From: the human T2T-CHM13v2.0 reference genome, Homo sapiens
NCBI RefSeq assembly: GCF_009914755.1
Contig: NC_060936.1
Length of the DNA stretch: 64,000 nucleotides
Reading direction: 5' to 3' (one strand)
In this document: positions 1 to 12,689 of the stretch, piece by piece
Layout: each line of letters starts with the position of its first letter
Position numbering within the stretch: position 1 is the first letter of the stretch
Program-made: the position numbers and the translations under genes
The notes under the pieces: generated by a model
Databases searched by the model: none
What the model was told of the DNA's origin: nothing
The model's input: only the letters and a program-made list of their open reading frames with translations

Positions 1-1773
1 TTGCTAAGCTCTCATTTGCTTTTTAAAAAATTAATTCATATTAGGTGAAAAATTATTTCAGGGAGCAACTGCAAAGTTCAATATAGTCTCTGACATACAG
101 TGCTTAGTAGGAAACATGTTACTCATATCATTTTCTACTAAGAGAATAATAATGGCATTTTAAAAAATTCAATTGCCTATTGTGAAAGGCAACACTAAAT
201 GATGGATATGTACCAAGTCTCTTTCTAAGTTATTCTCATTGTGTATAATTATGCAAGAAATCTTTTGTAAAACCATGAGGAATTCTAACCAACACCTAAG
301 AAGCTCGTGCTGTAGATGAAATCTCATCAAGTTTTTAGAGCCCTTGATGATGCCAACCCAGGTAGCATCTTTAGGAGACTTGTATTTCATTTACAATCAA
401 AATCACATTAAATTGTGTGTAAACACTCTGGCTGGACTCCACATCCAATATTCTTTTCGAAGTCATATGAACACAAAAGTAAAGCTAAAATAAGTAAATA
501 TAATTCATAAAGAACAAGAGCCTCATTGTCTGGCTTGGCAAATTTACCTGAAGCTGTTCTCTTTCTCTTTCACATACACACTCTTTTTTTAAAAATCCTT
601 AATTGAAAAATTGAGCCTCCGGCAGCCAAAACATACACTGCAAAGCTAAAGACGTTTGGGCATTGGCATTTCCAAGAACCTGGCACTTGTGACTGCTGTA
701 GCTAGTTTTCACACTGTGAGGCTGCTTTTGATTTATTGCTGTCATAAAATGAGACTAGGTGTAGTGTTATGATGATTTGCGATTTGTTCCTAACTCAAAG
801 GGCTCTGGTGGCCTCTTAAACTTATTAGAACAACTTCTATTAGGAAAATGGAACTAATATGACAGGATTCATTCCTTCAGGTCACACAGAAATGGTGGGG
901 GGTTTGCCTCCTACGTGTGGGGTTTGAGCAAAGGGGGAGAATAGAGAGACAGAGGGAAGCAATGGGAAGCAAGAAGAAGAACGTGGCCCCCTAGATGCCC
1001 TTACTCTAAAGCATGCATTTTAGGGTTGTTGAGGTTCAGCAGCAGGTATTTAGGCCTTTCTGTGTGCAATTAAAGATATTTCTAAAAGATCATTTAAATC
1101 CTCATTTTATTTGCTCCTCCTTATATTTTTCACTCCCCTAGGAGGGTTTCAATGGGATGAGTTTCCTGCCAACACTTGACGACAATATCCGTGCTGGGTC
1201 ATGGCAGTTTGATTGGACATCAGGGAGAAAAAGGCTCAAACGGGCCACCCAAGACCTCAGCATGAGTGAGTAATTGTAAAAGGCTCCCCACCACGTGTGT
1301 TAATACTTAGAAATACAGAACTAAATGTCAACACTTTTCCTCTCCCGAGAGTGCTCACATCTGAGCATGGAGGCTGAGGGTAACACCATGCCAGCCCAGA
1401 GTTCAGAAAAGAAAGTCTATGTTATCTGTTTTAAATCACTTGTCAAAAATGAGTTTTTCTTGAGCTCTCTTCTTAGGGGAGGAAAAATATAGAAGAGCCT
1501 TTGGCATTAGCCACTTGCCTTGGCATTGAGTAGCAGCCATAAACACTGAGAATGGGCTCCCCATACCAGAATGGCTAACACATCCATCCATCATCACTCA
1601 AAAACAAAGCATTTATAGGCAGAAGATTGGGTGGGTATTATTATTCTGCTGTTTTAATCTGCAGCAAGCCTCAAGAATTCTCTAAACCTCAATTTTCTCA
1701 CAGATAAAAGGCAATGTAATCTTTTGTCCATCTAACAGGTTTGCCATAAGGAACAGTGATGCTGGTCCTTGTT

Positions 1774-1832
1774 TGTGTGTGTGTGTGTGTGTGTGTCTGT
1801 GTGTGTCTGTGTGTGTCTGTGTGTGTGTGTGT
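1774..1832. repeat. (GT)n microsatellite with CT interruptions
   Basis: Directly visible tgtgtg...tctgtgtgtg array. Confidence 0.95.
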
Positions 1833-2426
1833 TTTCGTGGTGGAGAGGAACTTCTGCAGTGTCAAAGTGGCATGGCTGTAGCAAAGTTGGAAAAGAATCC
1901 TGTACCCACTGAAGAGCTAAATCAATACCATTCGTAAAATCTAGCCACTGCTAGAATCTTAACTATCACTGGAGAGACAAAAGAATTAAGTCCCTTGGCA
2001 ACATGGCGAACAAGGAATTGCTTAGGGTCTTACACAACACAGCTTCTGCAAAAGAGAAGTTAAATTGTGGGAAACAGAGATATGCCATGTTTCTACTTTA
2101 ATTCCCAAAGTTTTTCCACCAGTTAGTGTGCCAAAAGAAAGGATAGCACTGTTGGCAAACCCTAATGATAATCTTAGCTTGTCTGACCTCTGTCTGTGCA
2201 GCTTGGTGGTGATTCTGCATGACAGGCTGTGCGAAGCTCTCTGGCAAGGTTTGGTCAATTTTGATCAACCCCCCCCCCCCAACACCCCCAGAAATAAATT
2301 GTCTTACCTCAATTTGGTTTAATGGAAATAGCTCTTTATCAGGCACCAGAATAACCCAGTTCTAGTCTAGCCATTAACTCTTAGCAAATCATTTACCCTC
2401 TTAGCCTTAGTTTTCTAGTCTGTAAG

Positions 2427-2458
2427 GTGTGTGTGTGTGTGTCTGTGTGTGTGTGTGT
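2427..2458. repeat. (GT)n microsatellite
   Basis: Directly visible; follows a short MIR-like piece (about 2360-2425). Confidence 0.95.
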
Positions 2459-2611
2459 TGGGGATGAGGTGATAGGTGAGTGGGTAAACTAAGTGTTTAG
2501 GTTCCTTCTCAACTCAGACAATTCTGATGATGATGTCCTAATGCAGGGATGGTATAACAAAATAGATACAACATGCATAGTCTGGCAGATGAGGAATATT
2601 TTAAATAGCTA

Positions 2612-2850
2612 CCAATCATTTAGCATTTTGTATGTGCAATAAACTTTTCTTAGTAATTTGGATGCATTATCTCATTTCCTCTTCTCAACAACCTTAAGAA
2701 ATAGGTGGTATCACTACACATGCTTTACAGATGAGGAAACTGAGGTATAGAGAAAGATTGATTTTTCCAAATAACGTATCTAGGAAGTAGGAGATGCAAC
2801 ATTTCAGCCTAGGTCCTTTGGCTCCAGCGTTCATGTGCTTAAGCTCCAAA
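2612..2850 (-). mobile_element. MIR SINE
   Basis: MIR core in antisense, tttacagatgaggaaactgagg at about 2724-2745, with matching flanks. Confidence 0.85.
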
Positions 2851-3849
2851 CTATAGTGGCTTTCTGCAACATATTTGTAAAAGAATTCTAAATCATCAAT
2901 GGAAATAATTTCATGATTGATGTTTGCCTAAGTCTTGGAAGTGTGGTGTGCTGAGTGTCCACCCATGCTGAGTGTCCGCTGATCCTGGGGATAGTATTAA
3001 TTCTCCAGCAGCATTCCTGAATTATCGAACCCAGAGGGATATTTACATTTTTGGTTACAATGGCTGGGTACCTTCACTTAGGCCTCCTACAAGGCTAGGA
3101 CAGACTGGGGGCAAATGCAGCCATGCTTCTCATTGAAAAGACTATGGCATGTAGCATTAGCCTCTCCTCATCTGAGATCAAGAACTTCAACATCTATTCT
3201 TCCACCGTTCACCTCCTTGCTTGCTATCTCCAGAATTTCATAAGTCTTTGGAGAGTAATGCAAAGTAATTCTTTTGCAGAAAAATAATGGCATCTTTTGC
3301 TTTAATGCAAGCAAACAGTAGGATTAAGACTAGATATTCTAAATGGTAGGAAGGAATTTGCAGTTGTAGAATTGTCTTCTCAGCAGTACAGCTTTGGCCC
3401 CTTGCATTTCCACATAACGTAGATTTACATATAGAGAAATAATATATATCTTGTCCATTCCCAGATGGTTTGTATATTTTCTTGGCTGGGTAGAAGGATA
3501 CACTATGATGCCCAGAAATAAAATAGAATTCAAATCATGGTAGAGATTTAGCCTAAGTTTAGTATTCGATCAGTTGTCATTTTAAGGCACGTGTAAATAA
3601 ATGAGGATAAAATAAGTATATTTTAAACACATGACTTATAAACAAGCACAATTATTAACTAGCAAGAGCTAAGATTGTATTAGGTATATAAAAGGTCAGT
3701 TTTCTCAGGAACTATCTTTAAGGCATAAAAAAGGACTAGTATAAACTAAATATGGCCTAACTTTAATGTGATGAACATCTATCTAGGTCATCAATTTGTT
3801 TCTCTCTCTTTTTTTTTTTTGTTTCCTAAAGTACCTGGTTCAGATCTCT

Positions 3850-3995
3850 TGTAACACTAACTATATTGTGCTGTTTATGTACATGTCTCTCCAATTAGAT
3901 CCAATTTCTCAAAAGCAGAGGCTGTCTCTAATTATTGATATCCCCAGGGTCCAGCACAATGCCTAGCACGTTGTCAACAATTACTGAAAAAATGC
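3850..3995 (+). mobile_element. L2 LINE 3' end
   Basis: atatccccagggtccagcacaatgcctagcac resembles the L2 3' terminus. Confidence 0.65.
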
Positions 3996-4049
3996 TTAGG
4001 AACAAACTACACTCAAACCAGCATCATACGAAATGTATCACTGATACTC

Positions 4050-4459
4050 CAGAGCGTCACTCTGTGGTTGGCTATGGGTCGGCAGATCTAGGCTGAGCTC
4101 AGCGGGGAGGCTCTCCTTCAAGTGTTGGATCTAGTTATCTTGGCTCTTTGCTGTAGGCTGAGCCATGTTTGTTCCTGGGACCCAGGCTGAAGGTGCAGCA
4201 GCTGATTAGAAGAAAAAATTCCCATAGCGAAGGCAACAGCGCAAAAGGCCAAGCCCAATCACACACACACGTCAAACATTTGCTTATGTCATGCTCACTA
4301 GTATTTTATTGGTGAAAGGAAGTCACATGATCAAGCTCGATATTAATAAGATAGGGAAATACACTCCATGCTTAGTGGAAGAAACTGCAAAGCCACATGG
4401 CAAAAAGTGTGAATATAGAGTAGAGTAAAAAGATGGAAATAGTATTGCAGCCTACCACA
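4050..4459 (-). mobile_element. MLT1-family MaLR LTR (old subfamily, MLT1H/I-like)
   Basis: Typical MLT1 blocks: gggacccaggctgaagg, attggtgaaaggaagtcacatgatcaagc, aactgcaaagccacatggcaaa; ends ctaccaca. Confidence 0.7.
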
Positions 4460-6554
4460 ATAAGTACTCAAAAAGGCTTATAGAATTAGTGAGTTCATAT
4501 TTCTACCCTGTCTATTCATACCTTATTTGAGTTTCTAACTAATGACTACATCAAATGCTGTGGGGTTTTTTGCTCAGAATATTATTAGTGGTTGGTACGT
4601 ATTAAATAATTTGAAGTCTAGAAATTATCCCCATAGAATCTGCATCAGAAGGATTTACTAAGGTGAGGTTGGAAGTTCTGCAAATATCCTTTCTGGCAGT
4701 GTGTAGCATTTCTTTTCATGATCCAGACCTGAGCCAAGAAGGAAAAAAAAAAGAATAAAAAATGGAAAAGATTTATAGAAGTATCCACTAGGATTTGAGC
4801 TCATAAACATGTGGAGTCTGTTGTTTTCAGTTCTTTTATTTAAGGGCAATGGTTTGAACCAGTGGGTGTAACTCACCTATTTCCATCCTAGGCATACCTA
4901 ATAGATTTTTCTTTTCAGGACAGTGAACATGATATGCAAAGCTAGAACTCTAAAGGCAAAGGCCTTCCAGGAAGTTGCTGCCCTGTGGGACCTTAGCCTT
5001 CTTTCCAGAACCACTGAATGATTTCTGCCATGTTGCTATGAAGCTGACACACCTGTTTTGAATAACAATTTGCCGGTGCCTCTGGATTTCCAGGTGGTGA
5101 TTTTTATTGCTTTCCAAAGCATGAAATTTGAACTTGAGTTTTCCCTGATGTCAGATTAGCAAAAGCACCTTAACAGTGAGCTTTTTAAATAAAGCAGCTA
5201 TTTCTGGTGGTTACCTCATATTTTAAGAGCCCATTAGAACTATATAGAGAGTTTTCTAAAAAGCAAGGAGAAGAGTGTTAGGCATTTAAAGTTTCAACTG
5301 GTCATCTCTCTATTAAAATATTAGGTGTAGACTGGCTTACATACATTTTATGTTACAAACCATACATCTGATGATAGAGTAATAAGCCTCATAGGCTGGA
5401 GATTGAGTTTTTCTTGTCTACTTTTCAAAGAAACTCTGTATCTTTTATGTTGGAGGAGGGGTAGGGAGCAAAACAATTCTAGATGGCCCGGGTACCCTGC
5501 TGGTTGCTACAGTGTGAGGTCATTTTGCACTATAAGTCACAGAGCACAACATGATCCTTATAAACTCATAACCTGTTTTAGTGAACACCGGTAATTACAA
5601 ACGAAACACCACACAGACTGAGATTTTTACGTGGTACCCTATTTTACCAAAGATGAAATGTAAAGCAAAGAAAACTGTGCAACTTGCCATGCAAATTGGT
5701 TGCCTGGGGTATAATTATCTGATTAGTCCTTGCAAACCCTTGCTTGTATGTGCAAATTTGATTTAGAGGCCTCTCATAAGATGATAGCTAACTGCTTTGT
5801 GTAAACACTGTCTTTACCATGCAGAGCCTACCGCTGAGACCAGTTTGCAGGTCTAGTTATGGTTGTTCTATGTATGAAGCAATGGAGCTTGTGGGAATAG
5901 CAATGCAGCTATAAGCACACAAATAACTTTTATTGCCAACTACTAGGCTAGAAAAGTATGCATATGATCCATTATTATAGTTCTAACCTGTCACAAAACC
6001 TTTCCTACAGAAAATCAAAAGCATTTCTGGCACTTCCTTAAAGCTTATCTTAAATCAGTAGATTTCTAAGATTTTATTTCTATCTCCACCAAGCAATAAC
6101 ACCAGCTTAAAAAATGTGTTAGTAACGTGTTGTCAATTGGATAAGAGTGTAAAACATTATGGCCAGTGAGGCCCTAGCATTTGTTGAGTTCAACCATTTT
6201 ATTTTTCAGCTGTCAAAACTAAAATTCAGGGAGCCAAGGGCCTGTGCAGGGAACAGAGTACCCAGACTGAATGCCAGATCAGCTGCCCCCTCTCCAATCC
6301 CCTATTCACCAATCAGGGCTGCCTCTCACAGTAAAACCACAGTGCAATTTGTATTGAATTTTATAGGTCTGCAAACTGAAACTGAGAAACATGTGACGGA
6401 TGCAACTGGAAACTGGGAGCAGGAACGTGGCCTCCCCTATTCTTCACTCAAACCATTACCTTCAAAGACTTTATTTTTGTCCTTTCCTTAAGCATTCAAA
6501 AAATAAAGAAAAAAAGAACACAACGTATATATGAACATCTTTGCTGCACTCTAA

Positions 6555-6777
6555 AACTGTACTATCTATGCAACAGCCACCAGCCACCTGTGGCTATTTG
6601 GATTCAAATAAAATACAATTTTAAAAGTTGTTTTAAAACATCTTTCAGTTTCTAAATCCAGCTAGCCACATTTCGTATACCCAATAGCCACATGTGGCTA
6701 ATGGTGACTGTATTGGCAGCACAGGAAATGGAACGTTTCTATCACCACTGAAGGTTCCGTTAGACGGTGCTGCTCTA
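6555..6777. mobile_element. MER3/MER33-like hAT-Charlie MITE
   Basis: cagccaccagccacctgtggcta ... ctagccacatttc ... aatagccacatgtggctaatggtgactgtattgg. Confidence 0.8.
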
Positions 6778-7649
6778 CCATCAGAAAATGAAGTTTTGTG
6801 CTTTCTATTCTCTTAGACTGTTGTTGGGAACATTTTTTCACAGTTACTGGTGGTCTCAAAAATCTGTCCCTGAGAAAGTCCTGGTTTGTGTAACTGTGTC
6901 ACAATTGTAACACCATTTTCGTGTGACACGTATTCACATGTGCAGTAGTTTGGCGTTTCAGGCTTTTCATGTTCATATCAATACTTTTCTCTTATCAAAA
7001 CAAACAAACACATTTCCATTGTGTCCAATTTCTAATGGGAATTTAGGTCCTATACTTTGTTGGAAACATAACTTCAGGCTACTGAACGAAAAAAATTCAT
7101 CACTTTCATTTTTCTTTTCTGCCAAAAAAATAATCAATATATTTAAATATGAGGCATTTAATCAGTTGTTAATTTGAGTTTAATGTTTGTATCAAGGGTA
7201 AGATCATCAGAAACTAAATGTTTATGTCAACTGGTGAAATAAATGATATGAAACCATAAGGACCAGTGAGATCATGTTGTCCTTAATATTGTATATTGTA
7301 TGTATCAGAGATCACTGGATGGGTTTTATATTGACCCTTCTAGGTACACAAGTGGTTAAAAGTATTTGTGCTTCTGGAACTACTTATTTGTGCTTCTAGA
7401 ACTGCCTGGTTGTTGCAAAGATTTACTCCATCTGACAACCTGAAATGTGTTTGATCTGTCAAGTTTTAGAAGAGAAAATAATTCCCTTGTGCTATGATCT
7501 ACTAGAGTAAAAGTCTTTGTAAGGTAAGGAAAATTAAAACAGTGACAAAAATAACATGAGAACTGCCAGGACTCTGGAGCATAAGAAAAACATAAAAATA
7601 ATTAAATATAGTTATTTGGTGGAGGAAATGATGAAAAATTTCCCACTTG

Positions 7650-7780
7650 AAGGCAGTATGCATAGTGATTAAAAGGACAGGTTCCAAAGTCTATCCTACT
7701 TACTGCCTAGATTCCAAAAGTCTGTTCTACCATTTTCTAACTGTGTGACTTTGAGGAATTTGATTAACCTCCCTGAGGCA
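7650..7780 (+). mobile_element. MIR SINE fragment
   Basis: aggcagtatgcatagtgattaa ... taactgtgtgactttgagg ... ttaacctccctgag. Confidence 0.7.
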
Positions 7781-7843
7781 ACTCTAGAAGAGCCCTTCTA
7801 AGAAAGATGCTGATGCAAATGGGCCATTTTTGTGAAATAATCC

Positions 7844-8549
7844 TGTTATGGGTCAAATTGTGTCCCTCCCCAAATTCATGTGTTAAGGCCCTAAATTACA
7901 ATGGGACTGTATTTAGAGACAGGGCCTTTAGAGAGGTAACAAAAGTTAAACGAGGACATAAAAGTGGGGCCCTAATCAAATAAGACGGTTATCCTTCTAA
8001 GAAGAGAAAGAGGCCAGTGCGGTGGCTCACGCATGTAATCCCAGCATTTTCAAAGGCTGAGGCGGGTGGATCACAAGGTCAGGAGTTCGAGACCAGCCTG
8101 ACCAACATGGTGAAACCTCATCTCTACTAAAGATACAAAAAATAGCCGAGAGTGGTGGCATATGCCTGTAGTCTCAGCTACTTGGGAGGCTGAGGCACGA
8201 GGATTCCTTAAACCCGGGAGGAGGCGGTTGCAGTGAGCCAAGATAGCGTCACTGCACTCCACCCTACCCTGGGAGATAGACCAAGACTCTGTCTCAAAAA
8301 AAAAAAAAAAAAAGAGAGAGAGAGAGAGAGATAGAAGAGAAAGAGACACTAGAGAGCTATCTTTCTCTCTCTCTGCTCATCACAGACAAAAGAACTTGTG
8401 AAGATACAGGAGGAAGGCAGCTGCTTGCAAGCTGGGAAGAGAGGCCTTAACTGACACCTACAACCCTGATGGCATTTTGATCTTGGACTTCTAGCCTCCA
8501 GAACTGTGAGAGAATAAATTTTTTGTTGTTTAAGCAGCCCTGCCAGTGG
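7844..8549 (+). mobile_element. MLT1A/B-like MaLR LTR, split by an Alu and truncated at a MER44 element
   Basis: Starts tgttatgggtcaaattgtgtccctccccaaattcat; contains ttgatcttggacttctagcctccagaactgtgagagaataaat. Confidence 0.85.
8012..8332 (+). mobile_element. AluS, full length, with an A tail extended into (AG)n
   Basis: Dimeric Alu; 12-bp TSD agaagagaaaga at 8000-8011 and 8333-8344. Confidence 0.95.
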
Positions 8550-8551
8550 TA

Positions 8552-9253
8552 CATTAGTTTCCCCTTATCTGTGGTTTTGCTTTCCATGGTTTCAGGTCCC
8601 CATAGTCAACTGTGAAAATATTAAATGGAAAATTCCAGAAATAAATAACTCATAAATTTTAAGTTGTACACTATAGTATCCTGATGAAATCTCTTGCTGT
8701 CCCACTTAGTGCCCTGGGAGAGTCAAGCAGCCTTTTGTTGACCATATCCACACTTCATATGCCACATGCCCATGAGTCATCAGCATCATCTGCTCCTGAC
8801 ATCCAACCATCAACACTGTCCTGGCTCAATGAGTCAGGATCACCCTCAGCAGATGACGCTCCTTCTGACATAATGTCTGAAGGTCAATAGTAGCCCTAAA
8901 CTATGCCACAATACCAGGTCATTCACCTCTCTTCATCTCATCACATAGGCACTTTATAATCTCACATTATCACAAGAAGGGTGAATACAGTACAATAAGA
9001 TAAGTTGAGAGAGAGAGAAAGAGTGAGAGAGACCATATTCACTCACGTAACATTTACTTCGGTATATTGCAATAATTGGTCTATTTTATTATTATTGTTA
9101 ATCTTTTACTGTGCATAATTTATAAATTAAACCTTACTATACGTATGTATGTATAAGAAAAAACATAATATATGTTAAGTTTAGTACTATCTGAGGTTTT
9201 GGGCATCCACTGGGGGTCTTGGAATGTATTCCCCTCAGATAAGGGGATGACTG
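8552..9253 (+). mobile_element. MER44-type (Tigger7-derived) TcMar DNA transposon, about 700 bp
   Basis: TIRs cattagtttccccttatctg / cagataaggggatgactg; TA on both sides (8550-8551, 9254-9255). Confidence 0.85.
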
Positions 9254-9365
9254 TACCACAGTTTGTTTATTCATTCATCTATTGAAGGACATTCTGGTTG
9301 CTTTTAAGTTCTGGTCATTATGAGTGAAGCTGCTTTAAACACTCGTGTACAGATTTTGCGTGAAA
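9254..9365 (-). mobile_element. Old L1 (L1M) fragment
   Basis: taccacagtttgtttattcattcatctattgaaggacatt...gctgctttaaacactcgtgtacag is antisense to the L1 ORF2 C-terminal region. Confidence 0.75.
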
Positions 9366-11310
9366 CTGTCGCATTTTCGGTACATTTGTGCTTTGGATCA
9401 TCCTTCTGCCAGAAATGACTTTCCCTCTGTTATCCACTTGCTAAATCTATTTTCATAAATTGAATTCAATTTACTGTATTTTGTTGTGGTGGTCTGAGCA
9501 GACTAATACACATCACCAATCCAGTTTTCCACTGATGCAAGCCTCCTCGTGTTTCTGATCCCTGGTTTTCAACGCGTGCTTTATTTTCCTTTTTCTCTGT
9601 AGTCCATCCATCCAGTTTACCATCTACAAAGCAGCTTCTCCTTCTTGTGGGTCTGGATCATGTGCTACATGTACAGTGCAGAGCTGCCCTACCAAATTTG
9701 AGACATCCAGTATTGTTTTCCTGCACAGTAACTGTTTGTCCTCTGGAAGCAGCTGATTCTTTAAGATTTGTGTCTGATAGGATATCTTGAATAAATAGCT
9801 TTAGAAACTGTACTTGTTTCCTACATCTCAGACACCTCCAACCCCGTGCCTTCAAGCACTGCTGCAGGGTAGTTCTGAGACAGCAGGGATTAGCCTCTAT
9901 AACCTATCTTTCCCTCTTTCATCCAAGACCCCGAGGACTAGCAGGAACTTCCCCTAATTAACACATATTCCCTTTGCCTGGTCCAAACAGGGGTACACTA
10001 AATGTTAAGTGAGACAAAGATGCTCAAAATGCAGAAGTCAGATTATTCCTTGAAGAGCTATTTGTGTGCTGGCCATTCTGGGAGTGGAAGTCATTTAAGA
10101 CTCGATCTTTTCAATGAGTAACTTAAAATTTATTCTGGGAAGTATACAATTGAAAAGCATGCCGCAATAGTAAATATAAATTTCTGGATTCCATCGCTAT
10201 TCACAGGTCAGATTCCAAAAACTGGCCTTGATGAAATTTCCACCAGCTTGCTAGGAAGGACAATACCCACCCAACTGCACTTAAACTTCTCTACATGTTT
10301 ATGGTTATGGGAGAATCACGTCCAGCCCAGGAGAAGGTCTGGTTCCCAGGAGATAAGCTGAGTTTATAATTTTAAGGAAGGGAGTGAATGTAGCTTGTCT
10401 TCCTGGCACCAGAGAGATGAAGGGCAAGGAACAAAGATATTCTCTTATTAATGTCAGCAGGGCTATACAAATCACCAGGGGCAAATGCTCTTAAACTGAT
10501 GATGTCAGTTGTCATTTATTAACGTTTTCATTCATGAAAATTTATAATGTATTAAAATAAATGGCTTTTCTTTGTTGGTAATTTGTGGATGGCCAGTATA
10601 GTTACGTCCTTTGGGGGAGAAGGTCACTGAATTTGTTTCAAATTTCTGACTCCTGAGACTGATTTCCAGGAACTGATTCTACTGGTTGGGTGAGGTGGCT
10701 CAGCAGCTACTCGAGGTGACTAAAATAGAAGGGACTCCTGATGTAAAGAGACAGCCTTGGAGGTACAGACAGAAGATGTGAAAGGAAGAGATACCGTGCA
10801 TAGCAGGAGTTAGGCAAAGCTTATCCATGATCTGGGCCCTGGCAGATAGCGTTGTGCTTGATAAGTAAAGAGAATGTCACAAAAAATCAAGAGAAAATAG
10901 GAGAAAACTGATTGAAGAAGTACATGTTGCATAAAACCCCACATTACAAGGTCTAGGTTTTCCTATTATCTCACCATAGCCAACTTTCTTATCAAGTTCG
11001 CATGTCCTGTTCCGTTCCAGACTCAGCCTGGGAACTCTCCTTTCCGCTCCTTCCCTCACCCCCTCCCTTCCACAGGAGGCGTCTTGGTCACACAGGAAGA
11101 ATGGGAGAGAGGTGAGGGGAAAGAATGATGTCACCCTATGTGTGAAAATTTGCATGATTGCTGTAGTATTTTCTGGACTGTAATTTCCACAGCAATTTCC
11201 TTAATGGCAGAATAGAGTGGATCAATACCAGTCTCGCGTATGGGCTGTTCTTGGGTTAGATGGCCATAGTAGGTTCAATCAGCTGGGACTGAGCAGTTGA
11301 TATTGAATAA

Positions 11311-11801
11311 GACCAGAATTAGTGAAAAGAGTAAAACACTGTCTTTTTGTGCAAAATTTAATGGAGTGCCAAAAAATCAGTAATCAAGATAATATTTAAT
11401 ACAATAGTTAAAATGCAAAATTAGTGAAAAAGAAGTCCTTGAGGAAGAAATAGTAAAATTTTACATAGAGACAGGATGGCACTGTTTGTGTGTTTTACGA
11501 CCCTGTGTTTTTTGCACAATGGGGGTTTATGAACCATGTGTTTTGCACATGGTTGCTGGACCCTGTGGCTTTTGCCTCCCTCACCAGGTCCTCATGGGGT
11601 AGGTTTATGAGGTTTGACAATGAGGTGTGAACAGATTATGCAATGCAGAGCCCTACATGTAGTCACTTTTTTTAGTTGTAGAACTTTAATTATCTTTTCC
11701 TGCTTGGTTCAAAACATGGAAGGGTGTTCTGATAAGTATATACATAAGAGCACACACCTTTCCTTTTGCCTCAAGCTTCGATCTGGCTCAGGGTGGCACT
11801 G
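11311..11801 (+). mobile_element. Arthur1/MER69-like hAT-Tip100 element with a non-consensus interior
   Basis: gtgcaaaatttaatggagtgccaaaaaatcagtaatcaagataa and terminal tttccttttgcctcaagcttcgatctggctcagggtggcactg match remembered Arthur1 blocks. Confidence 0.5.
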
Positions 11802-12060
11802 ATACTGAGCAATCCATTCACCTGTTAAAGAGGGGAGTAAGGAAACTTTCTGCAGAAGGGGCGAAATGTGAGACAGGTTGTGGCAGGCATCTCCAGTACA
11901 TTCCTCATATATTTAAAAGCAAGGGATATCCAAGAGGATAACATGACAGTGGCAGAGGTAGTCCTGGGATTCAGATGCTGAATTGAAGGTGAAATTTGGA
12001 GTAACAGAATGAGGGCCCCATGGTATGCCCACCCCACTACACTTAAAAAATTCCTCTTCT

Positions 12061-12358
12061 GGGCCAGGCGCAGTGGCTCATGCCTGGAATCCCATCACCT
12101 TGGGAGGCCGAGGCGGGTGAATCACGAGGTCATGAGTTCGAGACCAGCCTTGGCCAACATGGTGAAACCCCTAAACATGGTGAAACTCTACTAAAAATGC
12201 AAAAAGTTAGCTGGGTGTAGTGGCGGCCGCCTGTAATCTCAGCTACTTGGGAGGCTGAGGCAGGAGAATTGCTTGAACCCAGGAAGCTGGGATTGCAGTG
12301 AGCCGAGATCTCACCACTGCACTCCAGCCCAGGCAACAGAGTGAGACTTCGTTTAAAA
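12061..12358 (+). mobile_element. AluS (AluSg-like) with an internal duplication
   Basis: Dimeric Alu; 16-bp TSD aaaaaattcctcttct at 12045-12060 and 12359-12374. Confidence 0.95.
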
Positions 12359-12689
12359 AAAAAATTCCTCTTCTATTTTTCTTCTCTTGCTAAGATAGTA
12401 AAGGAGTAGATTGTGTTTCTTTTGTTGAGGATGTTACAAGACTAAAGGAGATTGTGAGTTGACACTAGGAAGTAGAAAAACATCAAGAAATTTTAGAGAG
12501 AGCAAATGAATAATGGGGGAAAAGCCTGAAGAGGGAATTAGGACCAGACCGAACAATTTCAAATGCTGGTGAAAAGAGTCTGAATTTTAACTGTAACTTA
12601 GGACTTCTGATCTAACAGAGACACCTGGATGGTCAGTCCACTGTAGCAGAAAGATCATAGGATTTGGAATCTGATACCAGATTTGAATA

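Noticed and set aside
2269-2289. C12 plus C5 run as a G-quadruplex
   Set aside because: Short homopolymer with marginal G4 geometry and no supporting context.
4980-5760. Scattered RFX-like and octamer motifs in unique sequence
   Set aside because: Partial matches expected by chance; cannot be supported without conservation data.
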